Below are positions 22,201 through 30,673 of a DNA stretch of 64,000 bases, piece after piece. Source of the stretch: Promethearchaeota archaeon (lineage in GTDB: Archaea > Asgardarchaeota > Lokiarchaeia > Sigyniarchaeales > SOKP01); assembly GCA_048940925.1 (NCBI GenBank), contig JBHLOC010000003.1, forward strand, positions 128,001 through 192,000. The letters run 5' to 3'. Position numbers and translations under genes: made by a program. Numbering within the stretch: position 1 is the stretch's first letter; every line of letters starts with the position of its first letter. Below the pieces are notes generated by a model. It saw only the letters and a program-made list of their open reading frames with translations, was not told where the DNA came from and did no database searches.

Positions 22201-22671
22201 CTTCTCCAAAGTTCCAAATATAATGAAGTAATATTATTATTTAAACAAGAACTCACAAGGTTGAAGAAATTAGGAAATAAAGATGAAATTGAAAAAATTT
22301 CTGACCAAATTAATGACATTATTGCTCAAGCCCAGATTCCTTTAATTACCTTAGAAGTTTTCTCTGAGAATGAAAAATATAAATCAGCGTATAAGGCATT
22401 AGATAATGCTCAATTTTCTATATCAAATAATCGTTTGATGAAAGCAATTTCAGAATTAAATGAAGCTAAGTTTAACCTCAAGAAAGTTAAAATAGATAAG
22501 AAATTCATTAAGGAAATTGACAATAAAATAAGTGAGTTTAGAGAAAAGCTGGGGAAAAAACCTGAAGTAAAAGGGGAAGCTAAAAAAGATGAGATGGAAC
22601 GTCTTAAAGCCCGAATTGCTACTAGACGGGAAGAAAGGAAGAAAAGAGTATTAGATTTATTACGGAAGTAA
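16285..22671 (+). CDS. Giant (2128 aa) alpha-helical tandem-repeat protein (helical-bundle units joined by charged coiled coil)
   Basis: Recurring A.KL..D...A......PY.EII.IY......GW..QA.IY.NQI..Y.DKL units; extremely E/K-rich. Confidence 0.85.
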   Translation: MNVMDEQKEGEFKEDIDEDGFDPTKEAFFSDLMEMEEDIASEAYELVEHAMGLIQSQYYDDAIEVLRQAIGMYTQINREEEIKAINNKISEIYLLKEKIFRESEITTEVKSEKLEEEIGEGEVRIVETEEIVKEKEEEDFIETINSLLKRAKELIDEDKFEEALDNYDEIIGIYEDLGKSDEIEKVYVLIEEVYNKKADYLRSIKKEPSKIEIEFESEEEILPREEELKEEKLQQYFDSKKREEEISSRAYELLGIAAEHAKSYQYDQALQLYIEGANLFKQLNWTYEVKKVEDTIDLLHQQKTNHLKELERQEIKKKEEIETQSQQVEKIKVDVKDKEEEERIAKLEKLKGIEFQKMENEYFKAQVDNMATEAARMGREYELAMQKAIKKGKMIEECIYPKVIEIYKRIKELLVDKGWRNEAKIYDETIDIYIQKFEQDKKIRQIEAEKVKKQKEAEEMLRVPREEHIPTLSEEKVRVLEEQRRKESEIRSIKENLDEMTNRAEKIAREYEVALRKGRFELKCPFPEIINIYKKARQIALERGWETDAAIFLSQIQSYNEKLQKDKKLRQIEIDKRKKEVELEEISKVKKEEKIKLDKTKLERIEEEKRLKEEEGEFNELINKMINKAKKLAREYDLAMKKAIREGSLAENPPFEEIIKIYERVKQMVLSKGRNEEAAIYANQILLFSEKLKKDLKLREVEAQKAERQRKIEEMHKVDRKSEIDEVKLKAIEKKKEEEEFEKDIADTVNKAEKHVRDHETAMRKALREGRILEKTPYQEVIEIYKELRDKVLARGWEDQARIYSNQIKIYQDKLEKHEKLLEVETQKAEREKLLEEMHKVERKSEIDEVKLKAIEKNKEEEEFEKHIADMVNKAEKLVRNHEIAMRKALREGFIIEDTPYPNVIALYKQINDEILARGWEDQARIYSNQIKLYQDKLKKHENLLEVEAQKAEKEKQLEEMRRVGRKSEVDERRIKAIERKKEEEAFEKSITGLINQAEKLERDFERAMKKTIKKGEMLEQTPYVEIIDIYKEIKEKVLEKGWGDQASIYSNQIKLYQDKLERHKKLLEVEAQKAEKEKQLEEMHKVDRKSEIDKGRIKAIEIKKEEEEEFEKFITDLINKAEKLERDFERTMKKTIKKGEMLEQTPYIEIIDIYKEIKEKVLEKGWGDQASIYSNQIKLYKDKLEKHKKLLEVEAQKAEKENQLKEIHKVDRKSEVDERRIKAIESKKEEEEFEKFITDLINKAEKLERDFERAMNKAMKKGEIFEQTPYAEIIDIYKEIKENILAKGWREQSEIYTNQIKLYQDKLEKHEKLLEVEAQKAEREKQLEEMQRVERKSEIDQGRLKTMERKKEEEDEFERTISDLINQAEKLERDFERAMKKAIKKGEMLEQTPYVEIMDIYEEIKEKVLKKGWGDQASIYSNQIKFYQDKLEKHEKLLEVEAQKAEKEKQLEEMHKIGKKEVKPYKPEKIKEIEEGNKEEDIVLNQAMNLIDEAEKLVKNYELSIKSDVLLYESPYNKAIENYEEAQKLLKQIDWNEEAIRLIKTIKFYKEKKDKDEKLREFEKKKLEEPEPTLLTAKVDTEKELLAREEKILEFEKKKKEEAKVAEEIFNKIHKAERMAQEYEVKIKDGVFEQEAPYEDILKIYRDARKDFEEIGWMEESMKLINTIQFYKEKLEKDKKLRLMEIQKEKKREKEILMQQKLLQEAKEEQERFLKQKEEALILQKEKASEFESAKNSAFNLMDLAKNKLQENNFDEAIELYKASGEIFSDIGWQEGIKMVNDSIIMIKKKKESLEFEKKSLEERRIEKVKIEEKLEEKLAKAEELRILQQEEKRKELLRIQREKEWESEISEDAYELLEQGTILLEANKFDEAYEKYIEARKLFNKISWKREVSRINNDLLFKLKRERKKFEILEDIKVKKAEEEIEMEKLKQEADRKRRELEKKKKEDKRKFVKEEIGKEIKSRLRKAEKLLQSSKYNEVILLFKQELTRLKKLGNKDEIEKISDQINDIIAQAQIPLITLEVFSENEKYKSAYKALDNAQFSISNNRLMKAISELNEAKFNLKKVKIDKKFIKEIDNKISEFREKLGKKPEVKGEAKKDEMERLKARIATRREERKKRVLDLLRK
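18421..20640 (+). repeat. Six in-frame tandem repeats of 369/372 bp
   Basis: Unit starts (GAGGAAATGC-like) at 18421, 18790, 19159, 19528, 19900, 20269 and 20641. Confidence 0.9.
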
Positions 22672-22751
22672 TAAAATTTAATTTCTATTTATGAATGTTT
22701 TTAGTTTTAGTATTAAGTTTACATATAAAAAGAAAAAAGGATAAAAGTTAA

Positions 22752-22985
22752 TTAGGTTAACAACTTTTCTTCCAACTCATTCGAGATTTCAGATTTTATT
22801 AAATTAGGAGAAATATTTCTTTCAATAGATTCTTCTATTAGATATTCTGTCTTAATTAAATCTCTGATTGCCACTCGAATCGCCTCACTCCTGTTTGGAA
22901 ACTTAGACTCGCTAACGAGAAATTCTAGAACTTTTAAATAGGATTCAGGTAAATTTACAGAAATCAACTTCATTGAGATACACAC
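22752..22985 (-). CDS. Ribbon-helix-helix (CopG) regulator, CdrS-like
   Basis: MKLISVNLP...L..LV....FPNRSEAIRVAIRDLI. True start is probably ATG at 22973. Confidence 0.85.
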   Translation of the reverse strand: MCISMKLISVNLPESYLKVLEFLVSESKFPNRSEAIRVAIRDLIKTEYLIEESIERNISPNLIKSEISNELEEKLLT

Positions 22986-23213
22986 TAACCCAGTTTTATA
23001 TTAATCATATTTATAAATTAATACACTAGATATCACCACGGTTATATTTAAGCTTTTCAATCGAAAATGACCTCATGTAGTCCGACAGAAATCAGTTTCA
23101 TGCCTTTCTTATGCATTTGAGGTGAGAATGGGAAGAAATTGTATGATATGTAATAGCTGAATATTTTTAATAAATTATATGCTCAAGATATTTTACGAAA
23201 ATTTTTATATATG

Positions 23214-23240
23214 TGTATTGTGTTACATGTAACCCATACA
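23214..23240. promoter_or_regulatory. Palindromic operator-like site
   Basis: Perfect GTTACATGTAAC (23222..23233) flanked by TGTAT...ATACA, just downstream of BRE/TATA-like CGAAAATTTTTATATA. Confidence 0.5.
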
Positions 23241-23309
23241 ATTTTTATTTGAGATTAATATTTTAAAATTAAAAATTAAAATAAAAAAACAAATAGAATT
23301 TGAAAGATC

Positions 23310-23633
23310 ATGGCAGATATTGAATTACAATTAAAAGAACACTTAAAAAGTGGAAAAGATTGGGAAAAAATGGAGACTCCGATTGAGGGTGTAAATGTTG
23401 TTAAAGTTCCTGCTACAAAAGCCAGACCTGCATTGCTATTTTTAGAGATAAATCCTTTAAAAGAAGATGGTAGACCCCTAAAAAAAAGAGGATTATTCGT
23501 TGGTAATAAGGAAATGCTTATTAAATTTAGCGAAGCTTTAAACGATGACAAAACATTTCAATTAATTGGAGAAATAGAAAAAGTTAATCCAAAAGTACCT
23601 GAAAATGGTACAGCTAAAAAATTAAAAATGTAA
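23310..23633 (+). CDS. Hypothetical protein
   Basis: Clean 107-aa ORF (WEKMETPIEGV..., LEINP...KKRGLF); function not recognised. Confidence 0.7.
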   Translation: MADIELQLKEHLKSGKDWEKMETPIEGVNVVKVPATKARPALLFLEINPLKEDGRPLKKRGLFVGNKEMLIKFSEALNDDKTFQLIGEIEKVNPKVPENGTAKKLKM

Positions 23634-23759
23634 ATAGCTTCTTGTTTTTTTCATCTATTTTAAATTTTTTACTTCTTTATATCCTTATTGAAAATAAGAT
23701 TAAAAAAAAAGTTAGTTATTGATTAATTTTTTATTGATACCCTCACTCCTTAAACGTCA

Positions 23760-25544
23760 TTAATCAAAGTACCAGTGCCAGCAATCAAGCATAGCCATAA
23801 CGTTGTATCCCACTCCTTTTAAGCCTTTTATATGAGCTTGTTGAATTAAAAATACCCATCCTGGAATGTGACAGTAAGAGGAAGGATTAACTGGTCGAGT
23901 TATGTCAAAAAGGTAAGATTGAATGTCCATATATATAGACTGCCTAGCTATAGGATCGGTCAATGATGCAGCAGACTCTATCATTGAAATTAATACAGGA
24001 TCGCTTATTCTAGAGAAACATGACCCCGATTGGTTGTTAAATATTGGATCAAGCATGTTAAATGCATCTAAATAGTCAGGACACCAACCAATAAATCCAA
24101 CATCCATCTCCCAAGGAGTATGTTCACCTGTATCTAAGTATTCTCCCCATGTTCTAATGGTAACCTCAATATTTACTCCAATTAAAGCAAAATTATTTTC
24201 CATTAATTGATTTAATCTCTGGTTAGTGGTATCACCAAAATGTTGATTTACTTCGAGTGTTTTCAGTGATAATTCGGTCCAATCAGATTCAGAGTCACCA
24301 GGATAATTAGGATCAAGACCATTCGTTTCTGAGGGATACAGTGCCATTATAATTTCTCGTGCCTTTTTTACATTACTTTCATAATCCCCACCAAAAGGAT
24401 AATCAGCCACCATCTTCCCTTCAATTGACTTATTATATCCAGGCATAGCCCGTGGAACAGCAGGACACGCGGGATAAGCATACCCAGATAGAATTTCATC
24501 AGTAATATAAGAATAGTTGGTTACTAAAGCAAGAGCTCTTCTAAACTCTGCAGATAGTTTCTGATTTACTTGACCTCCTACTATAGGTGATTCACCCCCG
24601 GGAGGTCCACTATAAATCTCCAAATAAAAGTAACATAAATCTTCGCCAACATCTTCAACTATAATATCAGATTCTGCTTTAAATTGTGTAATATATGACT
24701 TCGGTACATTATTAACATAATCGAATTGCCCTGCTAAACCTGCAGTCATTCTAGCTGTGTCATCTTCAATTATTCTAAAAATAAGAATTTCTGCCCAAGG
24801 ATTGGTTCCCCAATATCTCTCCCATCTTTCGAATCTAACTTCACGATCATATATATAATGTATATATTTAAATGGACCAGTACCAATTATTATGTCTGAA
24901 TTCATATCTAGAAATCTATATTTGGGTGTAGAAGCTGGTGATAAGATATAAGTACCACAAAAAGTCATTAAGTCTATAAAAGCACCAAATGGTTTATTCA
25001 AGTAGACAGTGAAGTTATACATATCAGTCACTTCTGTTTTATTTATAATCGGAGTCCCATCAGAGAAATAATACACTGCTGATAGAAAGGCTTCCCAAGA
25101 GGTATCATTAGCAACAAGATCACCTGACGAATTGATGAAATACATTAGCCTATCAAAATTCCATTTTACGGCCTCAGCAGTTAAAGGATACCCATCATGG
25201 AAAAAGACATTTTCTCTAATTTTAAATGATATACAAGATGAATTATGCCAAAACCATTCTTTAGCAAGTTTTGGTATTATACTATAGTTTGGATGATCCT
25301 GATAATCATAATCTACTAAACTCTCAGCAACTTGATGTTCTGCGATATGTGATGGAACATCCCAGGTGTCGAGAGGATCAATTGCAGCTAAATTTGACCC
25401 ATAACCTACTATAATTGTATTCTTTTTTTCAGATCTGCGCCCAAGTATTCCACCAGAAACAGCTAAAACTATATTTCCAATGCCTGATGCAACAAGTACA
25501 ATAGAAAGAATTATGATTGCAAAATTTTTTTTCTCCATTTCCAT
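23760..25544 (-). CDS. ABC transporter substrate-binding protein, OppA/DppA family (orphan)
   Basis: N-terminal TM anchor, FHDG.PLTAEAVKWNFDR, IGTGPF and GWCPDY.D. Confidence 0.9.
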   Translation of the reverse strand: MEMEKKNFAIIILSIVLVASGIGNIVLAVSGGILGRRSEKKNTIIVGYGSNLAAIDPLDTWDVPSHIAEHQVAESLVDYDYQDHPNYSIIPKLAKEWFWHNSSCISFKIRENVFFHDGYPLTAEAVKWNFDRLMYFINSSGDLVANDTSWEAFLSAVYYFSDGTPIINKTEVTDMYNFTVYLNKPFGAFIDLMTFCGTYILSPASTPKYRFLDMNSDIIIGTGPFKYIHYIYDREVRFERWERYWGTNPWAEILIFRIIEDDTARMTAGLAGQFDYVNNVPKSYITQFKAESDIIVEDVGEDLCYFYLEIYSGPPGGESPIVGGQVNQKLSAEFRRALALVTNYSYITDEILSGYAYPACPAVPRAMPGYNKSIEGKMVADYPFGGDYESNVKKAREIIMALYPSETNGLDPNYPGDSESDWTELSLKTLEVNQHFGDTTNQRLNQLMENNFALIGVNIEVTIRTWGEYLDTGEHTPWEMDVGFIGWCPDYLDAFNMLDPIFNNQSGSCFSRISDPVLISMIESAASLTDPIARQSIYMDIQSYLFDITRPVNPSSYCHIPGWVFLIQQAHIKGLKGVGYNVMAMLDCWHWYFD

Positions 25545-25767
25545 AAATATTCACTTTTAATTTTTAATTTTTTTTTACGTTTTTATTCTGTTAAATTAAA
25601 GATTTATCAATCTTTATTTAATTTTTAAATCTAAATTATAGGTTAAATATATCTCTGAAATCGCCAATTTAAACATTGTTATATGCATTTTATGATAAAA
25701 AGATTTCTCTACATTTCATAATATCTCTAAAATTTCATGATATTTTAAGTCATCTCGATATTTTATG

Positions 25768-26117
25768 AAGTTTGGATATTTCCACATATTTCCCATTTAT
25801 GCTCAGAAAAGAAAAGACTTCTCCCAGAAGTATGTTTTCTAGGAGAAGATTTGATATTATACAATATGCAAATGGAAATGAAAAATGAGAGTTGATGAAT
25901 AAATGCCCGTATTAACATATTAATAATTGCAATTTTCTTAATTTCCTCTCAAATTTCGCTTTATATAAATAAAACTAGAAAATCTTAAATATAAATAATT
26001 ATCAAACAAAGTTTTATAAATAATATTTTCCCACACTTCAAAAAATTACGAGAAATTTAGATTTCTTTATTTTTCAAAATATTATTTGAAAGTTTGGATA
26101 TTCCCACATATTTCCCA
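25768..26117. repeat. 28-bp direct repeat pair built from 11-bp ATATTTCCCAC-like units
   Basis: AAGTTTGGATATTTCCACATATTTCCCA (25768..25795) versus AAGTTTGGATATTCCCACATATTTCCCA (26090..26117), 27/28 identical. Extra TTTTCCCACA near 26026. Confidence 0.8.
25818..25848. repeat. Inverted repeat (12-bp arms, 7-nt loop)
   Basis: CTTCTCCCAGAA-GTATGTT-TTCTAGGAGAAG, one mismatch. Confidence 0.7.
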
Positions 26118-26256
26118 CATAACTGTCAATGACTCATATATGTGTTGTATGCCAAAAATAAAGATTTTTAGATAAATCCCTTTTTTGAAAAACATTTAAT
26201 TTTTAATTGCATAATTTATTTAATATTATAATATAATAAGTCAATTATGTGATTAT

Positions 26257-26544
26257 ATGGTTAATCAAGAAGATGGTGTGCATTGTATAGTTTGTGGAAA
26301 AGATAATTTTTCTCTGGCTCATGATGAGTGGATGAGAAGAGCATTTCCATTTGTAGAACAAGGTCAACTTAAAATGTGTTCGGGTTGTGGAGCGAAATAT
26401 TTAGTTTGTAATAATTGCGGAGGTTTATATTGTCGCATACATCCTGCTCTTGAAGCATGGGAACTTCCAGATAAATGTCCTAAATGCGGATGGATAAATA
26501 AGGACGTAAAAGTTTGGGACGGAACATCTGCTCGTCATTTTTAA
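26257..26544 (+). CDS. Cys-rich zinc-ribbon protein
   Basis: CIVC, CSGC, CNNC and CPKC in 95 aa. Confidence 0.8.
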   Translation: MVNQEDGVHCIVCGKDNFSLAHDEWMRRAFPFVEQGQLKMCSGCGAKYLVCNNCGGLYCRIHPALEAWELPDKCPKCGWINKDVKVWDGTSARHF

Positions 26545-26755
26545 TAGAAGATTTTTTAATTGACATTATGTTTTTTATATTTTAAATTTTAAGCAGAAGA
26601 AATTTATATAAATTTCGAAGTCTAACGGGTTCAAAGTTAATTAGCTATAATAAAATTAACATATTTTGAGTTCTTAATTAATAATAAGTCAAGAAAGTTT
26701 TAATTTTAAAGAATCAATAATATTTTTATTAATAATTATTTTGTAATGGTTAGAT

Positions 26756-27229
26756 ATGACCAATATAAAGGTAGAAATAGCTTCCCCTGAGCAGATCGAG
26801 GATTTAAAAAATTTAACGAAGCTATTGGTGGAAGGTCTTGGACAAGAATTTGATCCAAAGCGATTTGACTGGGGTATTCGTCGTCGACTTTATGATCCCC
26901 TCCAACGACATGGTATACTCATCGCTGTAGATGAAGATGAGAATAAAGTTGTAGGAATGATTATTGCTGAATTGCGAATAGATCCATTTGGGTCATCTGA
27001 AGGATATATTAAACAATTCTTCTTGAAGGAAAAATATAGAAGAAAAGGTTCTGGACATCTTTTACTAGAAAAAGCACTTGAACACTTAAAAAAAATAAAA
27101 GTGGAAAAAGTAAAAGTTAATATTAAAGAACAAGCAATAGATGCTTCAAGTCTTTATGAACAGATGAATTTTAAGAAGGTCTACGAGGTTTTAGAATTAG
27201 ATTTAACTAGAGAAAAACCCATAAGTTAA
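26756..27229 (+). CDS. GNAT family N-acetyltransferase
   Basis: YRRKGSG acetyl-CoA motif and A.SLYEQMNF. Confidence 0.85.
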   Translation: MTNIKVEIASPEQIEDLKNLTKLLVEGLGQEFDPKRFDWGIRRRLYDPLQRHGILIAVDEDENKVVGMIIAELRIDPFGSSEGYIKQFFLKEKYRRKGSGHLLLEKALEHLKKIKVEKVKVNIKEQAIDASSLYEQMNFKKVYEVLELDLTREKPIS

Positions 27230-27247
27230 ATATTTAATATTAAAAAA

Positions 27248-28219
27248 ATGAGTCTAGAGATTCCTTGGGTTGAGAAATATCGTCCAAAGTCACTTAATGA
27301 AATAGTTAGCCAGAATATTGCGATTAATCGTCTAAGAGAATTTTTGAAAACTCCCAATATGCCTCATATGATTTTTACTGGCCCTGCGGGTACAGGTAAA
27401 ACTAGTACTGCCTTATTAATAGCGAAAAATTTCTTAAAGACAAAAGATTTAGATACAAACCTTTTAGAATTAAATGCTTCTGATACTGTAAGAATAGATT
27501 ATGTAAGAAATATTTTAAAAAGTTTTGTTAATCAAAACTTAGTCAAAGATGGGAGTCTTAAATTTGTAATTTTAGACGAGGCAGATAACATTCCTGGACA
27601 AGTTCAGCAAGCTCTTAGAAGAATTATTGAAAAGGCATCATCTAATATAAAGTTTATCTTATTATGTAATTATATAAATAGAATAATCGATCCAATTATT
27701 TCTAGATGTGCTGTATTTAGGTTTGTGAATTTAGCAAAGGAAAGTATTGTACAAAGGTTAAAATTCATAATTAAACAGGAAAAATTAAAGATAGCCCCTG
27801 AAAAATCAGAAGAATTTTTTAATCTATTATTTTTTATATCAGGAGGGGACTTAAGAAAAGGTATAAATACTCTTCAAATGTCTGTATCTCTGGAACTACT
27901 AACCAACTTAGATTTAGACGAAATTTTAAAAATATCTGGATTCTTGGATAAAACAACCTTGAATGATTTAATAAATGCTCTTAAAAAGAAAGATTTAATA
28001 CAAGCAAAAGAAATTATGGAAACTATTGAGTCACTTGACAGTCGAAATTTTATACGACAATTACTAGAAGTTGTACCACAGTTTAAAATTAATCCTGAAA
28101 AAATGTTAAAAATTAGGAGTTATGTTGGAGAGATAGATTACCGAATAAGTCAAGGTGCTGATGAAGATATCCAAATTTCAGCACTACTAGCAACAATTTT
28201 AGAGAATATAGAATCATAA
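27248..28219 (+). CDS. rfcS: Replication factor C small subunit
   Basis: PWVEKYRP, GPAGTGKT, ELNASD, ILDEAD, SRC and GDLRK. Confidence 0.93.
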   Translation: MSLEIPWVEKYRPKSLNEIVSQNIAINRLREFLKTPNMPHMIFTGPAGTGKTSTALLIAKNFLKTKDLDTNLLELNASDTVRIDYVRNILKSFVNQNLVKDGSLKFVILDEADNIPGQVQQALRRIIEKASSNIKFILLCNYINRIIDPIISRCAVFRFVNLAKESIVQRLKFIIKQEKLKIAPEKSEEFFNLLFFISGGDLRKGINTLQMSVSLELLTNLDLDEILKISGFLDKTTLNDLINALKKKDLIQAKEIMETIESLDSRNFIRQLLEVVPQFKINPEKMLKIRSYVGEIDYRISQGADEDIQISALLATILENIES

Positions 28220-28264
28220 TTATTTTAATATATATTAACCATAATAATAGAGAAAAAAACAAGC

Positions 28265-29311
28265 TTGACCAATAACATTCCAATTTGGCGAATCAAATAT
28301 CATCCTAAGAATTTAGACCAAATTTGTGGAAGAGAGGAGGTTAGAGACAGATTAAGCAAATTTGTTAAACTGAAAAACTTTCCCCATTTACTAATTGTAG
28401 GATCAGAAGGTATTGGTAAAACAACTATTTCATATTTATTCTCAAAAAAGTTTCTGGGGAAAACTTTTGATGCTAATTTTAAATTAGTTTATGCGAATGT
28501 TCCGCTGAGTAATGAGGAAAGAAAACAAGCAAGAAGTGAAGCCTATATTTCAACTAGTAAAATTGGAAGCTTGGCAGGTAAAAGAATTACGACTCCTGCA
28601 TTTATCCAAGTGAAAGTAAAACCTTTTGTGCAATTGAAAGTTTTAGGAGGTGCTCCTTTTAAAATCTTGATTGTAAAGAATTTTGAGGCTTTAGATACTA
28701 ATCAACAGGGATTTAGGAGACTAATGGAGATATATGGTACAAATTGTAGGATGATTTTAATAACAACTAAAATATCGAGTATAATTGAACCAATAATTAG
28801 TCGATGTCAAATATTTTTAATACCTCGAGTAGATTTAAAGAATTTTAAAAATTTAATTCTTTATATCGCTGAAAACGAATCATTACAGATTTCCGATGAA
28901 ACAATTGAGATCTTATACAAAATTTCTAGAGGAAGATTCAGTCGAGCGATAGATCTTTTACAATTAAGCAGTATTACTGGGAATATCATTGATGAGGAAA
29001 AATTGTATGAAAATTATCAGATATTTCATAATGATTTAATAAAAAATCTTTTAATGATGGCTTTAAAAGGTGATTTTCCAAAATCTAGAGAATTAGCCCG
29101 GAAAGTTCTTTCAAATTATAAATATAATTCTCATGAACTCTTTAAACTACTTCTTGACGAATTACATAAATTACCGTTAAGCAGATATACAAGATGTCAA
29201 TTGATTAAATATATTTCAGATTCTGATTTTCGCGCACTTGCTGCGAGGGATACTGACATTCAAATTTCTGCCTTAATATCTAAGATTTGTTTATTTAGTC
29301 AATATTTATAG
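28265..29311 (+). CDS. Second, divergent RFC small subunit
   Basis: PIWRIKYHP, GSEGIGKT, Walker B replaced by IVKNFE, SRC kept. Confidence 0.85.
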   Translation: MTNNIPIWRIKYHPKNLDQICGREEVRDRLSKFVKLKNFPHLLIVGSEGIGKTTISYLFSKKFLGKTFDANFKLVYANVPLSNEERKQARSEAYISTSKIGSLAGKRITTPAFIQVKVKPFVQLKVLGGAPFKILIVKNFEALDTNQQGFRRLMEIYGTNCRMILITTKISSIIEPIISRCQIFLIPRVDLKNFKNLILYIAENESLQISDETIEILYKISRGRFSRAIDLLQLSSITGNIIDEEKLYENYQIFHNDLIKNLLMMALKGDFPKSRELARKVLSNYKYNSHELFKLLLDELHKLPLSRYTRCQLIKYISDSDFRALAARDTDIQISALISKICLFSQYL

Positions 29312-30673
29312 GTGAATCAAATGAGTAATACTAATAAACTTCCATGGGTTGAAAAATATCGACCAAAAAGCTTATCTGAAATGGCATTACCTACAGCAAG
29401 AGTTAGGGGTCAAAAAGTTAAGTTGGATGAAGAATTAAACAATTTTGTTAAAAATTTCTTTCTGGAACGAAATCGAATAAATAAAGAAAAGATAAAAATT
29501 AGAATCTTTAATAGAACCGCTAATGAAAAAGAACAAAAAGAAGAAATTATGATTTCTCCCGAAAAAGCAGCGGTTCTGTTAGAGGGACCTCCAGGAATCG
29601 GTAAAACATCAATTGTTTACGCACTTGCTAATGACCTAAATATGGAAGTGATTGAGACAAATGCTTCTGATACAAGGACTAGAGCTACTCTTGAGAGAAA
29701 ATTAAAAGAAACGACTAAAACTCGTGGGATAATGGATTTTATTACTGAATCTAAAGAAAAGTTAATTTTGATCGATGAGATTGATGGGATTTATGGGGTA
29801 CAAGATAGAGGAGCAATTCCAACCGTTATAGATTTAATTCAAAGTACTCAATTTCCCATTATTATGTGTTCTAATGAATACAAGACTAATCTTCAACCAA
29901 TATATAATAAGATTAGAAGATTTGAGGTAAGACCCTTACCTAAAAAGGAAGTAATTAAAATTGTAAATAGTATTCTCAAAAAAGAAAAGATTACAAATAT
30001 TAAAGATGATGATTTAGAACTACTTATCGAAAAGAATAATGGAGATTTAAGAGGAATTATTAATGACCTCCAAGGGATTAGTCAAGGAAAAGTTGAAGAA
30101 GATGCTAAAGAGTTAATCCTTAGTCTACATCGAGATAGTATCGAAGAAATTTTTACTTTAATACGAGATTTGTTCCAAGTCTCCTCACTAAGAGAAGCTC
30201 GGAATTTAACTGATAAATCTGATGTGGATTATAATTTTTTGTATAAGTGGATAAATGAAAATCTTCCTACATTTATCAAATCAAATAGTGAGATTGCAGA
30301 GGCATATGAAAATCTCTCATTGGCAGATGAAATATTTGGTAGAATCCGTATTAATCAATATTGGGGATTATTGCCTTATTTTTTTGATCTTTTTGCGGGA
30401 GGTGTTGCTTTATCCCGAAAAGAAACTCCCATATCTAATGGTTTTCGAAATGTACTATTTCCTAGATATAGTACTGGAAGTTATTTTTCTTTAAATAGTA
30501 CAGAGAAAGAATTTTTGGAAAAGGTTAGAATAAAATATGAGATATCTCCAATTGAATTTGTACAAAATTTCCTCCCTTTTTTAAAAATTTTATGTGGAAC
30601 TTCAAGAAGACAGCTTAAAAATGTCAGTGATTGGTTAGATTTAGATGCTAAAGAAAAAAAATTATTAAAATAA
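29312..30673 (+). CDS. rfcL: Replication factor C large subunit
   Basis: PWVEKYRP, GPPGIGKT, ETNASD.R, LIDEID, GDLRGIINDLQ, WINEN and LSLAD. Confidence 0.92.
   Translation: MNQMSNTNKLPWVEKYRPKSLSEMALPTARVRGQKVKLDEELNNFVKNFFLERNRINKEKIKIRIFNRTANEKEQKEEIMISPEKAAVLLEGPPGIGKTSIVYALANDLNMEVIETNASDTRTRATLERKLKETTKTRGIMDFITESKEKLILIDEIDGIYGVQDRGAIPTVIDLIQSTQFPIIMCSNEYKTNLQPIYNKIRRFEVRPLPKKEVIKIVNSILKKEKITNIKDDDLELLIEKNNGDLRGIINDLQGISQGKVEEDAKELILSLHRDSIEEIFTLIRDLFQVSSLREARNLTDKSDVDYNFLYKWINENLPTFIKSNSEIAEAYENLSLADEIFGRIRINQYWGLLPYFFDLFAGGVALSRKETPISNGFRNVLFPRYSTGSYFSLNSTEKEFLEKVRIKYEISPIEFVQNFLPFLKILCGTSRRQLKNVSDWLDLDAKEKKLLK

Noticed and set aside
25764-25918. 51-codon minus-strand ORF (MLIRAFIHQ...) in the repeat-rich intergenic region
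   Set aside because: No motif, and it runs across the hairpin and repeat; likely spurious.
25768-26117. Canonical Orc1/Cdc6 ORB origin, or eukaryotic CSL site (TTCCCAC)
   Set aside because: No TTCCAGTGGAAAC/G-string match and no cdc6 nearby; the CSL resemblance is only 7 bp.
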